Shown here: positions 19,296 to 29,664 of the stretch, one piece after another | Layout: every line of letters begins with the position of its first letter | Position numbering within the stretch: the stretch's first letter is position 1 | Assembly: GCA_963798915.1 (NCBI GenBank) | Contig: CAWCVB010000005.1 | Span: 453,158-517,157 of the forward strand | Source of the DNA: an uncultured Gemmatimonadales bacterium | GTDB taxonomy: Bacteria > Gemmatimonadota > Gemmatimonadetes > Gemmatimonadales > GWC2-71-9 | DNA length: 64,000 bases | Direction: 5' to 3' | Translations under genes and position numbers: made by a program | The notes under the pieces: model-generated | The model's input: only the letters and a program-made list of their open reading frames with translations | What the model was told of the DNA's origin: nothing | Databases searched by the model: none

Positions 19296-20063
19296 ATGGG
19301 AATCTTTGACCGCTTCTCGACGCTGCTCCGGTCGAACATCAACGACCTCATCTCCCGGGCCGAGAATCCCGAGAAGATGCTGAACCAGCTGATCACGGAC
19401 ATGCGATCACAGCTGGGCAAGGCCAAGACCGAGGTGGCGGGTGCCATCGCGGACGAGAAGAAGCTGGAGTCCGACGCCCAGGCCATGAAGAAACAGGCCG
19501 AGGAGTGGGAACGCCGTGCCATGCTGGCGGTCCAGGAAGGGCGTGACGACCTGGCCAAGCAGGCGCTGACTCGCTACAACGAAAACCTGCAGGGCGCCCA
19601 GCAGCTGCACGAGACCTGGGTCAAGTCCAAGCAGGAGACCGAGGCGCTGAAGCTGTCGCTCCGGCAGTTGAATGACAAGATCGAGGAAGCCAAGCGCAAG
19701 AAGAACATTCTGATTGCACGAGCGCGGCGGTCCGAAGCGCAGCAGCGCATTCAGCAGACCATGGCTGGCATGTCGGACAAGAGTGCCTTCGAGTCGTTCG
19801 AGCGGATGGCGGAGAAGATCGAATCCAACGAACGCAAGGCGCTGGCGGCGGCCGAATTGCACGAAGAGTTTACCGGCGACTCGCTGGCCAGGCAGTTCGA
19901 GGTGCTCGAGTATCACGGCAGCGCCGACCAGCAGCTGCTCGAATTGAAGCAGAAGATGGGACTGCTCGGTGCCGGCAGCAGTGGCGAGGCAAGGCGCCTC
20001 GGCAAGGGAATGGATGACGTGCAGGATGCCGAGGTGGAGGAGGAGGGGGGAACTGAAGGCTGA
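19296..20063 (+). CDS. pspA: PspA/IM30 family protein (bacterial ESCRT-III-like)
   Basis: MGIFDRFSTLLRSNINDLISRAENPEKMLNQLITDM, A...GRDDLAKQAL, AFESFERMAEKI, long coiled coil. Confidence 0.93.
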   Translation: MGIFDRFSTLLRSNINDLISRAENPEKMLNQLITDMRSQLGKAKTEVAGAIADEKKLESDAQAMKKQAEEWERRAMLAVQEGRDDLAKQALTRYNENLQGAQQLHETWVKSKQETEALKLSLRQLNDKIEEAKRKKNILIARARRSEAQQRIQQTMAGMSDKSAFESFERMAEKIESNERKALAAAELHEEFTGDSLARQFEVLEYHGSADQQLLELKQKMGLLGAGSSGEARRLGKGMDDVQDAEVEEEGGTEG

Positions 20064-20100
20064 GGGCGGAATGCTCGCCGCTGAAGGCTGAACGCTGAAC

Positions 20101-20146
20101 ACCCGGGCCGGGCACCGTGTTAGTATTCACGGCGCCCGGCCCGGGT
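20101..20146. terminator. Strong GC hairpin after pspA
   Basis: ACCCGGGCCGGGCaCCGTG / CACGGcGCCCGGCCCGGGT inverted repeat. No clear U-tract. Confidence 0.5.
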
Positions 20147-20181
20147 ATCGCTTCAGCCTATAGCCTTGAGCCTTCAGCCTC

Positions 20182-21252
20182 ATGCCCACTCCCCGCTTCC
20201 TGATCCTGGCCGATGGCGATTTCGGCCCCATGACCTCGAAGACCGCCAATTCCGTCATCCGGTTTCAGCCCGATCGGATCGTGGCGGTGCTGGACCGAAG
20301 TCAGGCTGGCCGTACCGTCCAGGACATTCTTGGCTTCGGCGGCGACGTGCCCGTGGTTGGCTCCATGATGGAAGGACTCGAACGCCAGCCCACGGCGGTC
20401 CTGATCGGCATTGCGCCACAGGGCGGTCGGCTGCCGGACGAGTGGCGGAGCTGGCTGGCGGATGCGCTCGATGCCGGATGTGATATCTGGAGCGGGCTCC
20501 ATACCTTCCTCGCCGACGATCCGCTCCTGGCCGAGCGGGCCCGGGCCAACGACTGCCGGTTGCTCGACCTGCGTCGCCCACCCGCCGACCTGCCGATCGC
20601 CAGCGGGGCGGCCAAGCAGACCGAGGCCTTTCGGGTGCTGACCGTTGGGACCGACTGCAACGTGGGCAAGATGACGGCACAGCTCGAACTGGTGAAGTCC
20701 CTGAATGCGCGCGGCGTCCGCACTCGCTTTGTACCCACGGGCCAGACCGGCATCATGATCGAAGGCTGGGGCATCGCGGTTGACGCCGTGGTGGCGGACT
20801 TCATCGCCGGCGCTGCAGAACGGATCACGCTCGAAGGCGCGCGCGACTCGGACGTCGTTCTCGTCGAGGGGCAGGGAAGCATCAACCACCCCGGCTACTC
20901 CGGCGTCACATTGGGATTGCTCCATGGGAGCTGCCCCGACGCCATGATTCTCTGCCACCAGACCACCAGGCAGTATATCGGGGACTATCGTCAGGCCTCC
21001 TGGCTCAAGATGCCGCCGTTGGCGGAGTACGTGCGCATCTACGAGACCATCGCAGCCGTGGTCCATCCGTCGCGCGTCATCGGCGTCGCACTCAATACGT
21101 ATGACATGAGCGAGGCCGATGCACGAGCCGCCTGCGCGGCAACCACGCGCGACACCGGGTTGCCAGCCACCGACCCAGTGCGGTTCGACGAGACGCCCCT
21201 GATCGATGCAGTGCTGGCGGCGCGGAACGCGAGGGTCCAGTTGACCCGATGA
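20182..21252 (+). CDS. DUF1611 family P-loop protein (DgcN-like)
   Basis: RVLTVGTDCNVGKMT, PTGQTGIMIEGWGIAVDAVVADFIAGA, VEGQGSINHPGYSGVTLGLLHGS. Confidence 0.88.
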   Translation: MPTPRFLILADGDFGPMTSKTANSVIRFQPDRIVAVLDRSQAGRTVQDILGFGGDVPVVGSMMEGLERQPTAVLIGIAPQGGRLPDEWRSWLADALDAGCDIWSGLHTFLADDPLLAERARANDCRLLDLRRPPADLPIASGAAKQTEAFRVLTVGTDCNVGKMTAQLELVKSLNARGVRTRFVPTGQTGIMIEGWGIAVDAVVADFIAGAAERITLEGARDSDVVLVEGQGSINHPGYSGVTLGLLHGSCPDAMILCHQTTRQYIGDYRQASWLKMPPLAEYVRIYETIAAVVHPSRVIGVALNTYDMSEADARAACAATTRDTGLPATDPVRFDETPLIDAVLAARNARVQLTR

Positions 21253-22184
21253 GCGCCATTCTGGTGCAAGGCCTGGTCAAGCAGTACGGCGGTCCGCCGC
21301 CGGTCACCGCAGTCGATGGCCTGGATTTGCAGGTGGAGCAGGGCGAGGTCTTCGGGCTGCTGGGTCCCAATGGCGCGGGCAAGACCACGACCGTCGGAGT
21401 GTGTACCACCCGCGTGCGTGCCTCGCGTGGCCGGGCGGTCGTGGACGGGATTGACGTGGCAACCGATGCTCCCGCCGCGCGCTCGCGGCTCGGCGTGGTG
21501 CCGCAATACAACACGCTCGATCGGGCCTGCACGGTACACGAGAATCTCTATTACCACTGCCGTTATTACGGCATGAGCGCCGCTGCGGCCCGTACCAGGT
21601 CCGCCGAACTCCTGGAGCAGTTCCGTCTCACCGACCGCGCCAGGTCCATGCCCGCGCAACTCTCCGGCGGCCTGGCCCAGCGAGTCCAGCTGGCGCGGGC
21701 GATAGCCCATCGACCCTCGATTGTCTTCCTCGATGAGCCGACGGCCGGGCTGGATCCGCAAAGCCGCCTGGCACTCTGGGAGCTGATCGAAGGCATGCGC
21801 TCCCGCGGCATTACCGTGCTGCTCACCACCCATTATATGGAAGAGGCCGACCGCCTGTGCGACCGGCTCGCCATCATGGACCACGGCAAGATCCTGGCAT
21901 CGGGGACACCGGAGGAACTCAAGCGCAGCGTGGGCGGCGAAACGATGGTCGACCTGCGGCTCGCCGGCGAGCCCGCTGACCTGGTCGAGGAACTTGGCCA
22001 TTTGCCGAGCGTCACCAGCGCGGCGGAGCACGATGGCGGCGTGCGACTGCTGACGACGTCGCGCGAAGGACTGCTGCCCCGCATCGTGCAGGTCGCCGGG
22101 GGACGCTTGCATGACCTGTCGGTCCGCGAGCCGACGCTGGAGACGGTCTTTCTCCGCCTGACCGGCCGGGAACTGCGTGACTGA
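21249..22184 (+). CDS. ABC-2 type transporter ATP-binding protein (NodI/DrrA-like)
   Basis: GPNGAGKTT, LSGG, FLDEPTAGLDPQSR, TTHYMEEAD. Confidence 0.93.
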   Translation: MSAILVQGLVKQYGGPPPVTAVDGLDLQVEQGEVFGLLGPNGAGKTTTVGVCTTRVRASRGRAVVDGIDVATDAPAARSRLGVVPQYNTLDRACTVHENLYYHCRYYGMSAAAARTRSAELLEQFRLTDRARSMPAQLSGGLAQRVQLARAIAHRPSIVFLDEPTAGLDPQSRLALWELIEGMRSRGITVLLTTHYMEEADRLCDRLAIMDHGKILASGTPEELKRSVGGETMVDLRLAGEPADLVEELGHLPSVTSAAEHDGGVRLLTTSREGLLPRIVQVAGGRLHDLSVREPTLETVFLRLTGRELRD

Positions 22185-22992
22185 GCCAGCAATGCGGCCG
22201 TCGTACCGGCGTGCCTTCTGGGGCCTCATCCTCCGCGACCTGCGCGTGCTGCGCCGGACCTTCTGGCCTTTCATCACGCGCACCGGCATGAATCCGCTGC
22301 TTACCGTATTCGTCTTTGCCTACGTCTTTCCCAAGATCGGCCAGGGGATGCACTTTGCCGGCAGCGATGGGCCCAACTTCGGCACCATTCTGGTCCCCGG
22401 GCTCGTGGCCGTTGCAATCGTCTTTCAGGGCATCGCGGCCGTTGCGCTGCCACTCGCCATGGAACTCAGCGCCACGCGGGAAATCGAGGACCGGGTGCTG
22501 GCGCCGCTGCCCAACTGGCTTGTCGCCGGCGAGAAGATCGTGTTTGCTGCGGTCCAAGGGGTGGTGGCCGGCCTGGTGGTGTTTCCGCTGCTCTACCTCG
22601 TGCCGGCGATGCCGGTCGAGATCCACGTTCACTCCTGGCCGCTGCTGGTCGGGGTCGTGCTGCTGGCGAGCCTCGCGTCCGGCGCGCTGGGGCTCGCGCT
22701 CGGCACGTCGGTCGAACCACGGCAGATCGGACTGATGTTCGCTGTGGTGGTCGTACCGATGACCTTTCTCGGCTGCGTCTACTACCCCTGGGCGGCGCTG
22801 GGGCCGATTCCCTGGTTGCAATGGCTCGTGCTCATCAACCCGCTGGTGTACATGAGCGAGGGCCTGCGGGCCGCGCTCACGCCAGATCTGCCGCACATGC
22901 CGGCTGCGCTCTACCTCGCCGCGTTGGTGCTTGCCACGGCGCTCATGGCCGGGTTCGGCCTGCGGTCCTTCCGCCGACGCACCGTGGATTGA
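22177..22992 (+). CDS. ABC-2 type transporter permease
   Basis: Multiple TM segments, NPLVYMSEGLRAAL motif, overlaps the ATPase gene. Confidence 0.9.
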   Translation: MTEPAMRPSYRRAFWGLILRDLRVLRRTFWPFITRTGMNPLLTVFVFAYVFPKIGQGMHFAGSDGPNFGTILVPGLVAVAIVFQGIAAVALPLAMELSATREIEDRVLAPLPNWLVAGEKIVFAAVQGVVAGLVVFPLLYLVPAMPVEIHVHSWPLLVGVVLLASLASGALGLALGTSVEPRQIGLMFAVVVVPMTFLGCVYYPWAALGPIPWLQWLVLINPLVYMSEGLRAALTPDLPHMPAALYLAALVLATALMAGFGLRSFRRRTVD

Positions 22993-23059
22993 GGCGTTCT
23001 GCCCTGTTCCGCGTGCATCCGGTTGTACTCCGGTTGATGTGCCGGCGTAGCATGGTGGC

Positions 23060-23449
23060 ATGGACTCTGTTCTGTCACCGGTTTCCCCGGACATGCCGCT
23101 GGTCACTGCGCTGCAGCTGGCGCCTCCCGCCCGGCTCTGCGGCGTCTGGATTGAAGGGGCGGCGCATTCCAGGCCGTTCCCGGTCCGGATTGCCGCACCC
23201 GCGGGTTGGCGCTCGCTGCTGCTCGGTTCCGACTTGGGACTGCTGCTGACGCTCGTCGATTCTGCGATCGTCGATGCCGGCGCCGGACCCGTCCGGCTGG
23301 CGGCGGACCAACTGCGGGCGCGTCGGTCGCTGGAGCTGTTTGACGGCTCGCGGACGTGCATTGTTCCGCTCGCGGGCAGCAGTCCCGAATCTGTCGTTGC
23401 GAACCAGCCCGGCTCCCTGCTGCTCAGCCGCATGCGCTATATGAGTTGA
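23060..23449 (+). CDS. Hypothetical protein
   Basis: Same-strand ORF filling the gap. No recognised motif. Confidence 0.45.
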   Translation: MDSVLSPVSPDMPLVTALQLAPPARLCGVWIEGAAHSRPFPVRIAAPAGWRSLLLGSDLGLLLTLVDSAIVDAGAGPVRLAADQLRARRSLELFDGSRTCIVPLAGSSPESVVANQPGSLLLSRMRYMS

Positions 23450-23510
23450 CCTCCTCGCCGGCTCGCCCGTAGGTTTCGGCGCTCTGACCGAACCGCTGCA
23501 TTCTCTGGGA

Positions 23511-24455
23511 GTGGCCGTGCTGCATCTTGCGTACCCGCAGTGGCTGGAAGACTTCGCCTCCTTCTTCAATTCTGACGCCAAGGCGTTCATCGCCTATGGG
23601 CTGCGCGTCCTGGGCATCTGGGTGCTGGCCTGGCTGGCCCTCCGGGCCGTGCGCATCATCGCGCGCCGCATTGAAATCAGTGTCGACGACCACAACGACC
23701 TGCTAACCACGATCCGGGAAAAGCGGGGGCGGACCATTGCCCAGCTGGTCCGCGGCGCTGGTCGAGCGGTGATCGTCAGCGGGGCAGTGCTCCTGACCCT
23801 CCGAGTCTTCATGGACATCAGTCCGATCCTTGGTGCGGTTGGCCTGCTGGGGTTGGCGGTCTCGTTTGGGGCCCAGAGCCTGGTCAAGGATGTGATCACC
23901 GGCTTCTTCATGCTGGTGGAAGACCAGTTTGGCGTTGGTGATATCATCCAGATCGGTGACAAGGGCGGGGTGGTCGAGCGGCTCACGCTTCGTGTCGTCA
24001 TGCTGCGTTCCATCGACGGGGTGCTCCACATCATCCCCAACGGCGAGATCAACATGGTGAGCAACATGACCCGGGGTTGGTCGCGGGCTGTGCTCGAAAT
24101 CGGCATTGCATACGGGTCCGATGTGGATCGGGCGCTGCGTGTCTTTCGTGATGAAGCCGCCCGCTTTTCCGAGGATGCTGCCTGGAAGCCCCGGCTGGAC
24201 GGCCCGCTGGAAGTCCCTGGCATCGAATCGCTGGGCGACAGCGCCGTGGTGATCCGGGTGCTGGCGCGTACCCAGCCGGCGGCGCAGTGGGACGTTGCCC
24301 GTGAATTCCGCCGCCGCATCAAGAACCGGCTGGATGCGGAGGGTATCGAGATTCCCTTCCCGCAGCGCACCGTGCACTTTCGCCTCGAGCCGGACGATGC
24401 GGCCGAAGGCAACAAGCCAATCACTCGCGCGCTGCAGAAGGCGGGAGGCGAATGA
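23511..24455 (+). CDS. mscS: Small-conductance mechanosensitive channel family protein
   Basis: GLAVSFGAQSLVKDVITGFF, DQFGVGDII, IPNGEI, GIEIPFPQR. Confidence 0.92.
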   Translation: MAVLHLAYPQWLEDFASFFNSDAKAFIAYGLRVLGIWVLAWLALRAVRIIARRIEISVDDHNDLLTTIREKRGRTIAQLVRGAGRAVIVSGAVLLTLRVFMDISPILGAVGLLGLAVSFGAQSLVKDVITGFFMLVEDQFGVGDIIQIGDKGGVVERLTLRVVMLRSIDGVLHIIPNGEINMVSNMTRGWSRAVLEIGIAYGSDVDRALRVFRDEAARFSEDAAWKPRLDGPLEVPGIESLGDSAVVIRVLARTQPAAQWDVAREFRRRIKNRLDAEGIEIPFPQRTVHFRLEPDDAAEGNKPITRALQKAGGE

Positions 24456-25972
24456 GTCTCCAACTATTCAACACGATGTCCCGGAGTGTCGAGCCGTTCA
24501 CGCCCATGCGCCCCGGCCAGGTGGCGATGTATGCCTGCGGCCCGACCGTCTACAACTACGCCCACATCGGAAACTTCCGGACGTTCCTGTTCGAGGATCT
24601 CCTGCGCCGGTGGCTGGAAGCCAGTGGGCTGGAGCTCTTCTACGTGATGAACCTGACGGACGTGGACGACAAGACCATCCGCGGCGCCGGACAGGCAGGC
24701 CTCGCGCTGCGGGAATATGTCGAGCGCTTCATTACCGCGTTTCACGAGGACCGACGGTACCTGCGGATTCGCGATGCCTCCATCTATTCGCGCGCTACCG
24801 ACTACATCGGCGCCATGGTGGCGCTGGTGCAGGACCTCGTGACCAAGGGAATTGCCTATCCCGGCGACGATGGCTCGGTCTATTTCGCGATCGGCCGTTT
24901 TCCGGGCTATGGCAAGCTGTCGCGGCTGGACACCCGTGAACTGAAGAGCGGCGCCAGCGAGCGCGTGTCCACCGACGAGTATTCCAAGGAGGACGCGCGC
25001 GACTTCGTGCTGTGGAAGGCCGCCCGGCCCGAGGATGAGGCGGTGGGCGCGGCCTGGGATGCTCCTTTTGGCCGCGGCCGGCCCGGCTGGCACCTGGAGT
25101 GCTCGGCGATGGCGCTGACGCTGCTCAAGGAGAAGTGGGGCCGCGATGTGCTCGACATCCATGCCGGTGGCGTGGACCTCATCTTCCCGCATCACGAGGA
25201 CGAGATTGCTCAGAGCTGCGCCTTCACGGGGCAGGAGCGCTTCGCCAACGTCTGGATGCATGGAGAGTTCCTGACCCTGTCCGGCACCAAGATGTCCAAG
25301 CGGTTCGGCAACATTCTGACCGCGCGGGATCTCAAGGAAGAGGGGGTCGATGCCGGCAGCGTCCGACTCCTCATGTTCAACACCCATTACCGGCAGCCGT
25401 TGGACTGGAGCGATGAGGCGCTGGGCCACGCGCGGGAGGGCTCGCGCCGGCTGGGTGAGATGGCCGACCGGCTTCGGCGCTCGGCGCAGCAGGAGGGTGC
25501 GGAGGACCAGGCGTTCGTGACCATTGCCGATACCTGCCAGCTCGACTTCGCGGCATCGATGGATGATGACCTCAATTCGCCCCGGGCGCTGGCGGCATTG
25601 TTCGTCTTTGGGCGGGAGGCCAACCGGCTTCTGGATGCCGGCAAGCTGCCAGGGGCGGCGGCGCTCGGTGTGCTGGATCTGGCCGAGTCGGTCCTGGATG
25701 TGTTCCCGTCAGGTCAGTCGGTGACGGTGCTCGTTGGCGGCGTTTCGGGTGTCGGTGAGACGGGCAGCGTGGCGGTCGAGTCCCTCAGCGAAACCGCTCC
25801 GGCCGACGTCGCCGAGCAGACGCAATGGGCGGAGGCCTGGGCCCGGCGCCGGCAGGAAGCCCGGCTCAATCGCGACTTTGCCACGGCGGACCGGATCCGG
25901 GACCTGGTCTCGGCGGCGGGCTTCGAGATCCGTGATGGTCGGGGTGGAGTGGAGGTCAGGCGCCGGGGTTAG
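24452..25972 (+). CDS. cysS: Cysteine--tRNA ligase
   Basis: CGPTVYNYAHIGN, GRPGWHLECSAM, DLIFPHHEDE, KMSK. Confidence 0.97.
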   Translation: MSLQLFNTMSRSVEPFTPMRPGQVAMYACGPTVYNYAHIGNFRTFLFEDLLRRWLEASGLELFYVMNLTDVDDKTIRGAGQAGLALREYVERFITAFHEDRRYLRIRDASIYSRATDYIGAMVALVQDLVTKGIAYPGDDGSVYFAIGRFPGYGKLSRLDTRELKSGASERVSTDEYSKEDARDFVLWKAARPEDEAVGAAWDAPFGRGRPGWHLECSAMALTLLKEKWGRDVLDIHAGGVDLIFPHHEDEIAQSCAFTGQERFANVWMHGEFLTLSGTKMSKRFGNILTARDLKEEGVDAGSVRLLMFNTHYRQPLDWSDEALGHAREGSRRLGEMADRLRRSAQQEGAEDQAFVTIADTCQLDFAASMDDDLNSPRALAALFVFGREANRLLDAGKLPGAAALGVLDLAESVLDVFPSGQSVTVLVGGVSGVGETGSVAVESLSETAPADVAEQTQWAEAWARRRQEARLNRDFATADRIRDLVSAAGFEIRDGRGGVEVRRRG

Positions 25973-25977
25973 GGCTC

Positions 25978-26054
25978 GGTCGACGGTCAAGGTCGACGGT
26001 CGACGGGTCGAGGGTCGACGGTCGAGGGTCGAGGGTCGCGGGTCGAGGGTCGAG
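25978..26054. repeat. Heptamer tandem repeat GGTCGA(C/G), about 11 units
   Basis: Read directly: ggtcgac ggtcaa ggtcgac ggtcgac g ggtcgag ggtcgac ggtcgag ggtcgag ggtcgcg ggtcgag ggtcgag. Confidence 0.85.
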
Positions 26055-26066
26055 AGCTCGCCTTTT

Positions 26067-26162
26067 CGTCACCCCAGCGAAAGCTGGGGTCCATGAGGGC
26101 TCACCCGAGCTGAGTCGCTGTGTCCGAGTCCCACATGGACCCTGGTTTGCACCGGGGCGACG
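26067..26162. repeat. Paired inverted palindromic repeat (REP/BIME-like)
   Basis: CGTCACCCCAGCGAAAGCTGGGGTCCATG (26067-26095) and a degenerate reverse complement CATGGACCCTGGTTTGCACCGGGGCGACG (26134-26162). Confidence 0.7.
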
Positions 26163-26178
26163 CACGGGCGAGTTTCGG

Positions 26179-26252
26179 CCCGCCCATCCCGCCCATCCCG
26201 CCCATCCCGCCCATCCCGCCCATCCCTCCGCCCATCCTGCCCGTCCTGCCGT
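26179..26252. repeat. Nonamer tandem repeat CCCGCCCAT, five perfect plus degenerate copies
   Basis: Five exact units at 26179-26223, then decaying units. Confidence 0.85.
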
Positions 26253-26273
26253 AAGCCTCGTGCCCGTCGCCAG

Positions 26274-26302
26274 TTGACTCCTGCCATTCCGTCTGCTATT
26301 GT
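26274..26302 (+). promoter_or_regulatory. Sigma70-type promoter for the tRNA-tuf operon
   Basis: TTGACT-N17-TATTGT with TG extension, 26 nt before tRNA-Thr. Confidence 0.7.
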
Positions 26303-26328
26303 AAGAGTCTGTCTTTTTCAGCCTTCAG

Positions 26329-26401
26329 GCTGACGTAGCTCAATTGGTAGAGCAGCGGTTTTGTAAACCGCCGGTTCGGGGTTCAAGTCCCCGCGTCAGC
26401 T
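26329..26401 (+). tRNA. tRNA-Thr(TGT)
   Basis: Acceptor stem GCTGACG/CGTCAGC, anticodon arm GCGGT-TTTGTAA-ACCGC, T loop TTCAAGT. Confidence 0.95.
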
Positions 26402-26437
26402 CGCTTGCAGCAGCGGACGGAGCGTCGGGCGGTGCGC

Positions 26438-26521
26438 GGTGGGGTGGCCGAGTGGCTAATGGCAGCAGACTGTAAATCTGCCGGGCTATGCCCTACGTAG
26501 GTTCGAATCCTACCCCCACCA
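26438..26521 (+). tRNA. tRNA-Tyr(GTA)
   Basis: Acceptor stem GGTGGGG/CCCCACC, GCAGA-CTGTAAA-TCTGC, long variable arm, TTCGAAT. Confidence 0.95.
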
Positions 26522-26622
26522 TTGCGTCGTGGGTCACGGGTCGCAAGACGGCGAATGAAGGTCGGGGATTCGATTGGATGTCGGCGGCTGGAGTGCGCTT
26601 CGCGACCCACGACTCGACACAC

Positions 26623-26695
26623 GCGGGTGTAGCTCAGTTGGTAGAGCATCAGCCTTCCAAGCTGAGGGTCGCGGGTTCGAGTCCCGTCGCCCGCT
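26623..26695 (+). tRNA. tRNA-Gly(TCC)
   Basis: Acceptor stem GCGGGTG/CGCCCGC, TCAGC-CTTCCAA-GCTGA, TTCGAGT. Confidence 0.95.
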
Positions 26696-26696
26696 T

Positions 26697-26769
<73 letters not shown>

Positions 26770-26861
26770 CTGGAGAGACGAGTCGACGGTCAACAGTCGA
26801 CGGTCGACCGTAGGCCGTTGACGTTCAGGCAGACCCAGCAGGCATCAAGGAGCAGCGGGCA

Positions 26862-28064
<1,203 letters not shown>

Positions 28065-28104
28065 GGTACGGGCGGCCCCCGGGCCGCCCCCACAGAGCGA
28101 GCAT

Positions 28105-28257
28105 ATGCCAAGAGATAAAGTCATCCTCGAATGCACCGACTGCCGGAACCGCAACTTCTTCCTGGACAAGAACAAGCGGAAGCACCCGGAGCGCGTCGAG
28201 CTGCGGAAGTTCTGTCCGCGCTGCGGCAAGCACGTCACGCATAAGGAAACCAAGTAG
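28105..28257 (+). CDS. rpmG: 50S ribosomal protein L33 (Zn-binding type)
   Basis: Manual translation MPRDKVILECTDCRNRNFFLDKNKRKHPERVELRKFCPRCGKHVTHKETK. Position between tuf and secE. Confidence 0.96.
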   Translation: MPRDKVILECTDCRNRNFFLDKNKRKHPERVELRKFCPRCGKHVTHKETK

Positions 28258-28259
28258 GC

Positions 28260-28493
28260 ATGGCCGAAACCCAGCCGACCGAGCGGGCGCCCGGCAGGAT
28301 TGCGCGCGCCGGTGAGTTCCTGGTGGCGACCCGCGCCGAAATGCGGAAGGTCACCTGGCCCAGCCGGGACGAGCTGGTCAAGGCGACGCGCATGATCGTG
28401 GTGCTGTCGCTCATCCTGGGCGTGACCATCGGCTTGCTCGACGTGGTGCTCCAGAAGTTGCTGGTGGACGGCGTCGCGATTCTGGCGCGGTAG
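28260..28493 (+). CDS. secE: Preprotein translocase subunit SecE
   Basis: EMRKVTWPSRDEL plus a TM segment. Confidence 0.95.
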   Translation: MAETQPTERAPGRIARAGEFLVATRAEMRKVTWPSRDELVKATRMIVVLSLILGVTIGLLDVVLQKLLVDGVAILAR

Positions 28494-28496
28494 GCC

Positions 28497-29039
28497 ATGG
28501 AATATCGCTGGTACGCCATTCAGACGACGGCTGGGCACGAGAACAAGGTCCGCAACCTGCTGCAGAAGCGGATTGCCGATGACCCGCGGCCGGACGACGA
28601 CAAGCTGGTCCGGCAGGCCCTGGTGCCAACCCAGGAAGCGGTCGAGATCAAGAACGGCAAGAAGGTCACCGTAGACCGGAAGCTCTATCCCGGCTACGTC
28701 CTGGTCGAGATGGGCATGTCGCAGGAAGCGCTGCACCTGGTCAACAGCATCCAGGGCGTGATCAAGTTTGTGGGCACCGGGCGGCTGCCGCAGGCGCTGC
28801 GACAGGAGGAGGTCAACCGGTTGCTGGGTGTTGCCGTCGAAGCCTCGGCCGCCGAGCCCCGGGAAGAGATCCCCTTCATGGTCGGTCAGGTGGTGGAAAT
28901 CACCGAAGGGCCCTTTGCCGACTTCAGCGGCTCGGTGGAAGAAGTTCTGCCCGACAAGGGCAAGGTCAAAGTTTCGGTCAGCCTTTTCGGCCGGCCAACG
29001 ACGGTAGAGATGGATTATCTGCAGTTGAGAGGGCATTAG
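28497..29039 (+). CDS. nusG: Transcription factor NusG
   Basis: WYAIQTTAGHENKV, YPGYVLVEM, KOW domain GPFADFSG...LFGRPT. Confidence 0.97.
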   Translation: MEYRWYAIQTTAGHENKVRNLLQKRIADDPRPDDDKLVRQALVPTQEAVEIKNGKKVTVDRKLYPGYVLVEMGMSQEALHLVNSIQGVIKFVGTGRLPQALRQEEVNRLLGVAVEASAAEPREEIPFMVGQVVEITEGPFADFSGSVEEVLPDKGKVKVSVSLFGRPTTVEMDYLQLRGH

Positions 29040-29040
29040 G

Positions 29041-29087
29041 GCGGCTGCGGTAGGGGCAAAGCCATGGCTTTGCCGTGCCGCAGCCGC
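29041..29087. repeat. GTAG-type REP-like palindrome (copy 1)
   Basis: GCGGCTGCGGTAGGGGCAAAGCCATGGCTTTGCCGTGCCGCAGCCGC. Near-identical core at 60206-60247. Confidence 0.7.
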
Positions 29088-29238
29088 CCCCCGCGACCGC
29101 GCGGGTCATCGCGGCAGAACGATTCCTCGGAATAGTCCGGGGATCACGCCGGTCAGGGGCGGGTCGTAGGAGCGGGTCTAGGACCCGCTCCATCAGACCC
29201 GCCCCGACGTCGGCCCGAGTTCGAACCAGGAGAAGTAG

Positions 29239-29664
29239 ATGGCCAAGAAAATCACCGCACAGGTGAAGCTGCAGTGCCCGGCAGGAGCGGCCAACCCCGC
29301 GCCGCCGGTGGGTACCGCGCTCGGTCCCCATGGTGTCAACATCATGGAGTTCTGCAAGCAGTTCAACGCGCGCACGCAGAACCAGGCCGGCATGGTGATC
29401 CCCGTGGTCGTGACCATCTACGCCGACCGCACCTTCACGTTCATCACCAAGACGCCGCCCGCCGCCAACCTCCTGATGAAGGAGGCGTCGGTGGACAAGG
29501 GCAGCGCCGCGCCCAACCGGACCAAGATCGGTACGGTGACCCGCGCGCAGCTTCGCAAGATCGCCGAGATCAAGATGGCGGACCTGAACGCGTCGGACGT
29601 CGAGAGCGCCATGCGCATGGTGGCGGGCACCGCCCGTTCCATGGGGCTGGAGGTGGCGGACTGA
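29239..29664 (+). CDS. rplK: 50S ribosomal protein L11
   Basis: [29 protein letters not shown]. Confidence 0.98.
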   Translation: MAKKITAQVKLQCPAGAANPAPPVGTALGPHGVNIMEFCKQFNARTQNQAGMVIPVVVTIYADRTFTFITKTPPAANLLMKEASVDKGSAAPNRTKIGTVTRAQLRKIAEIKMADLNASDVESAMRMVAGTARSMGLEVAD

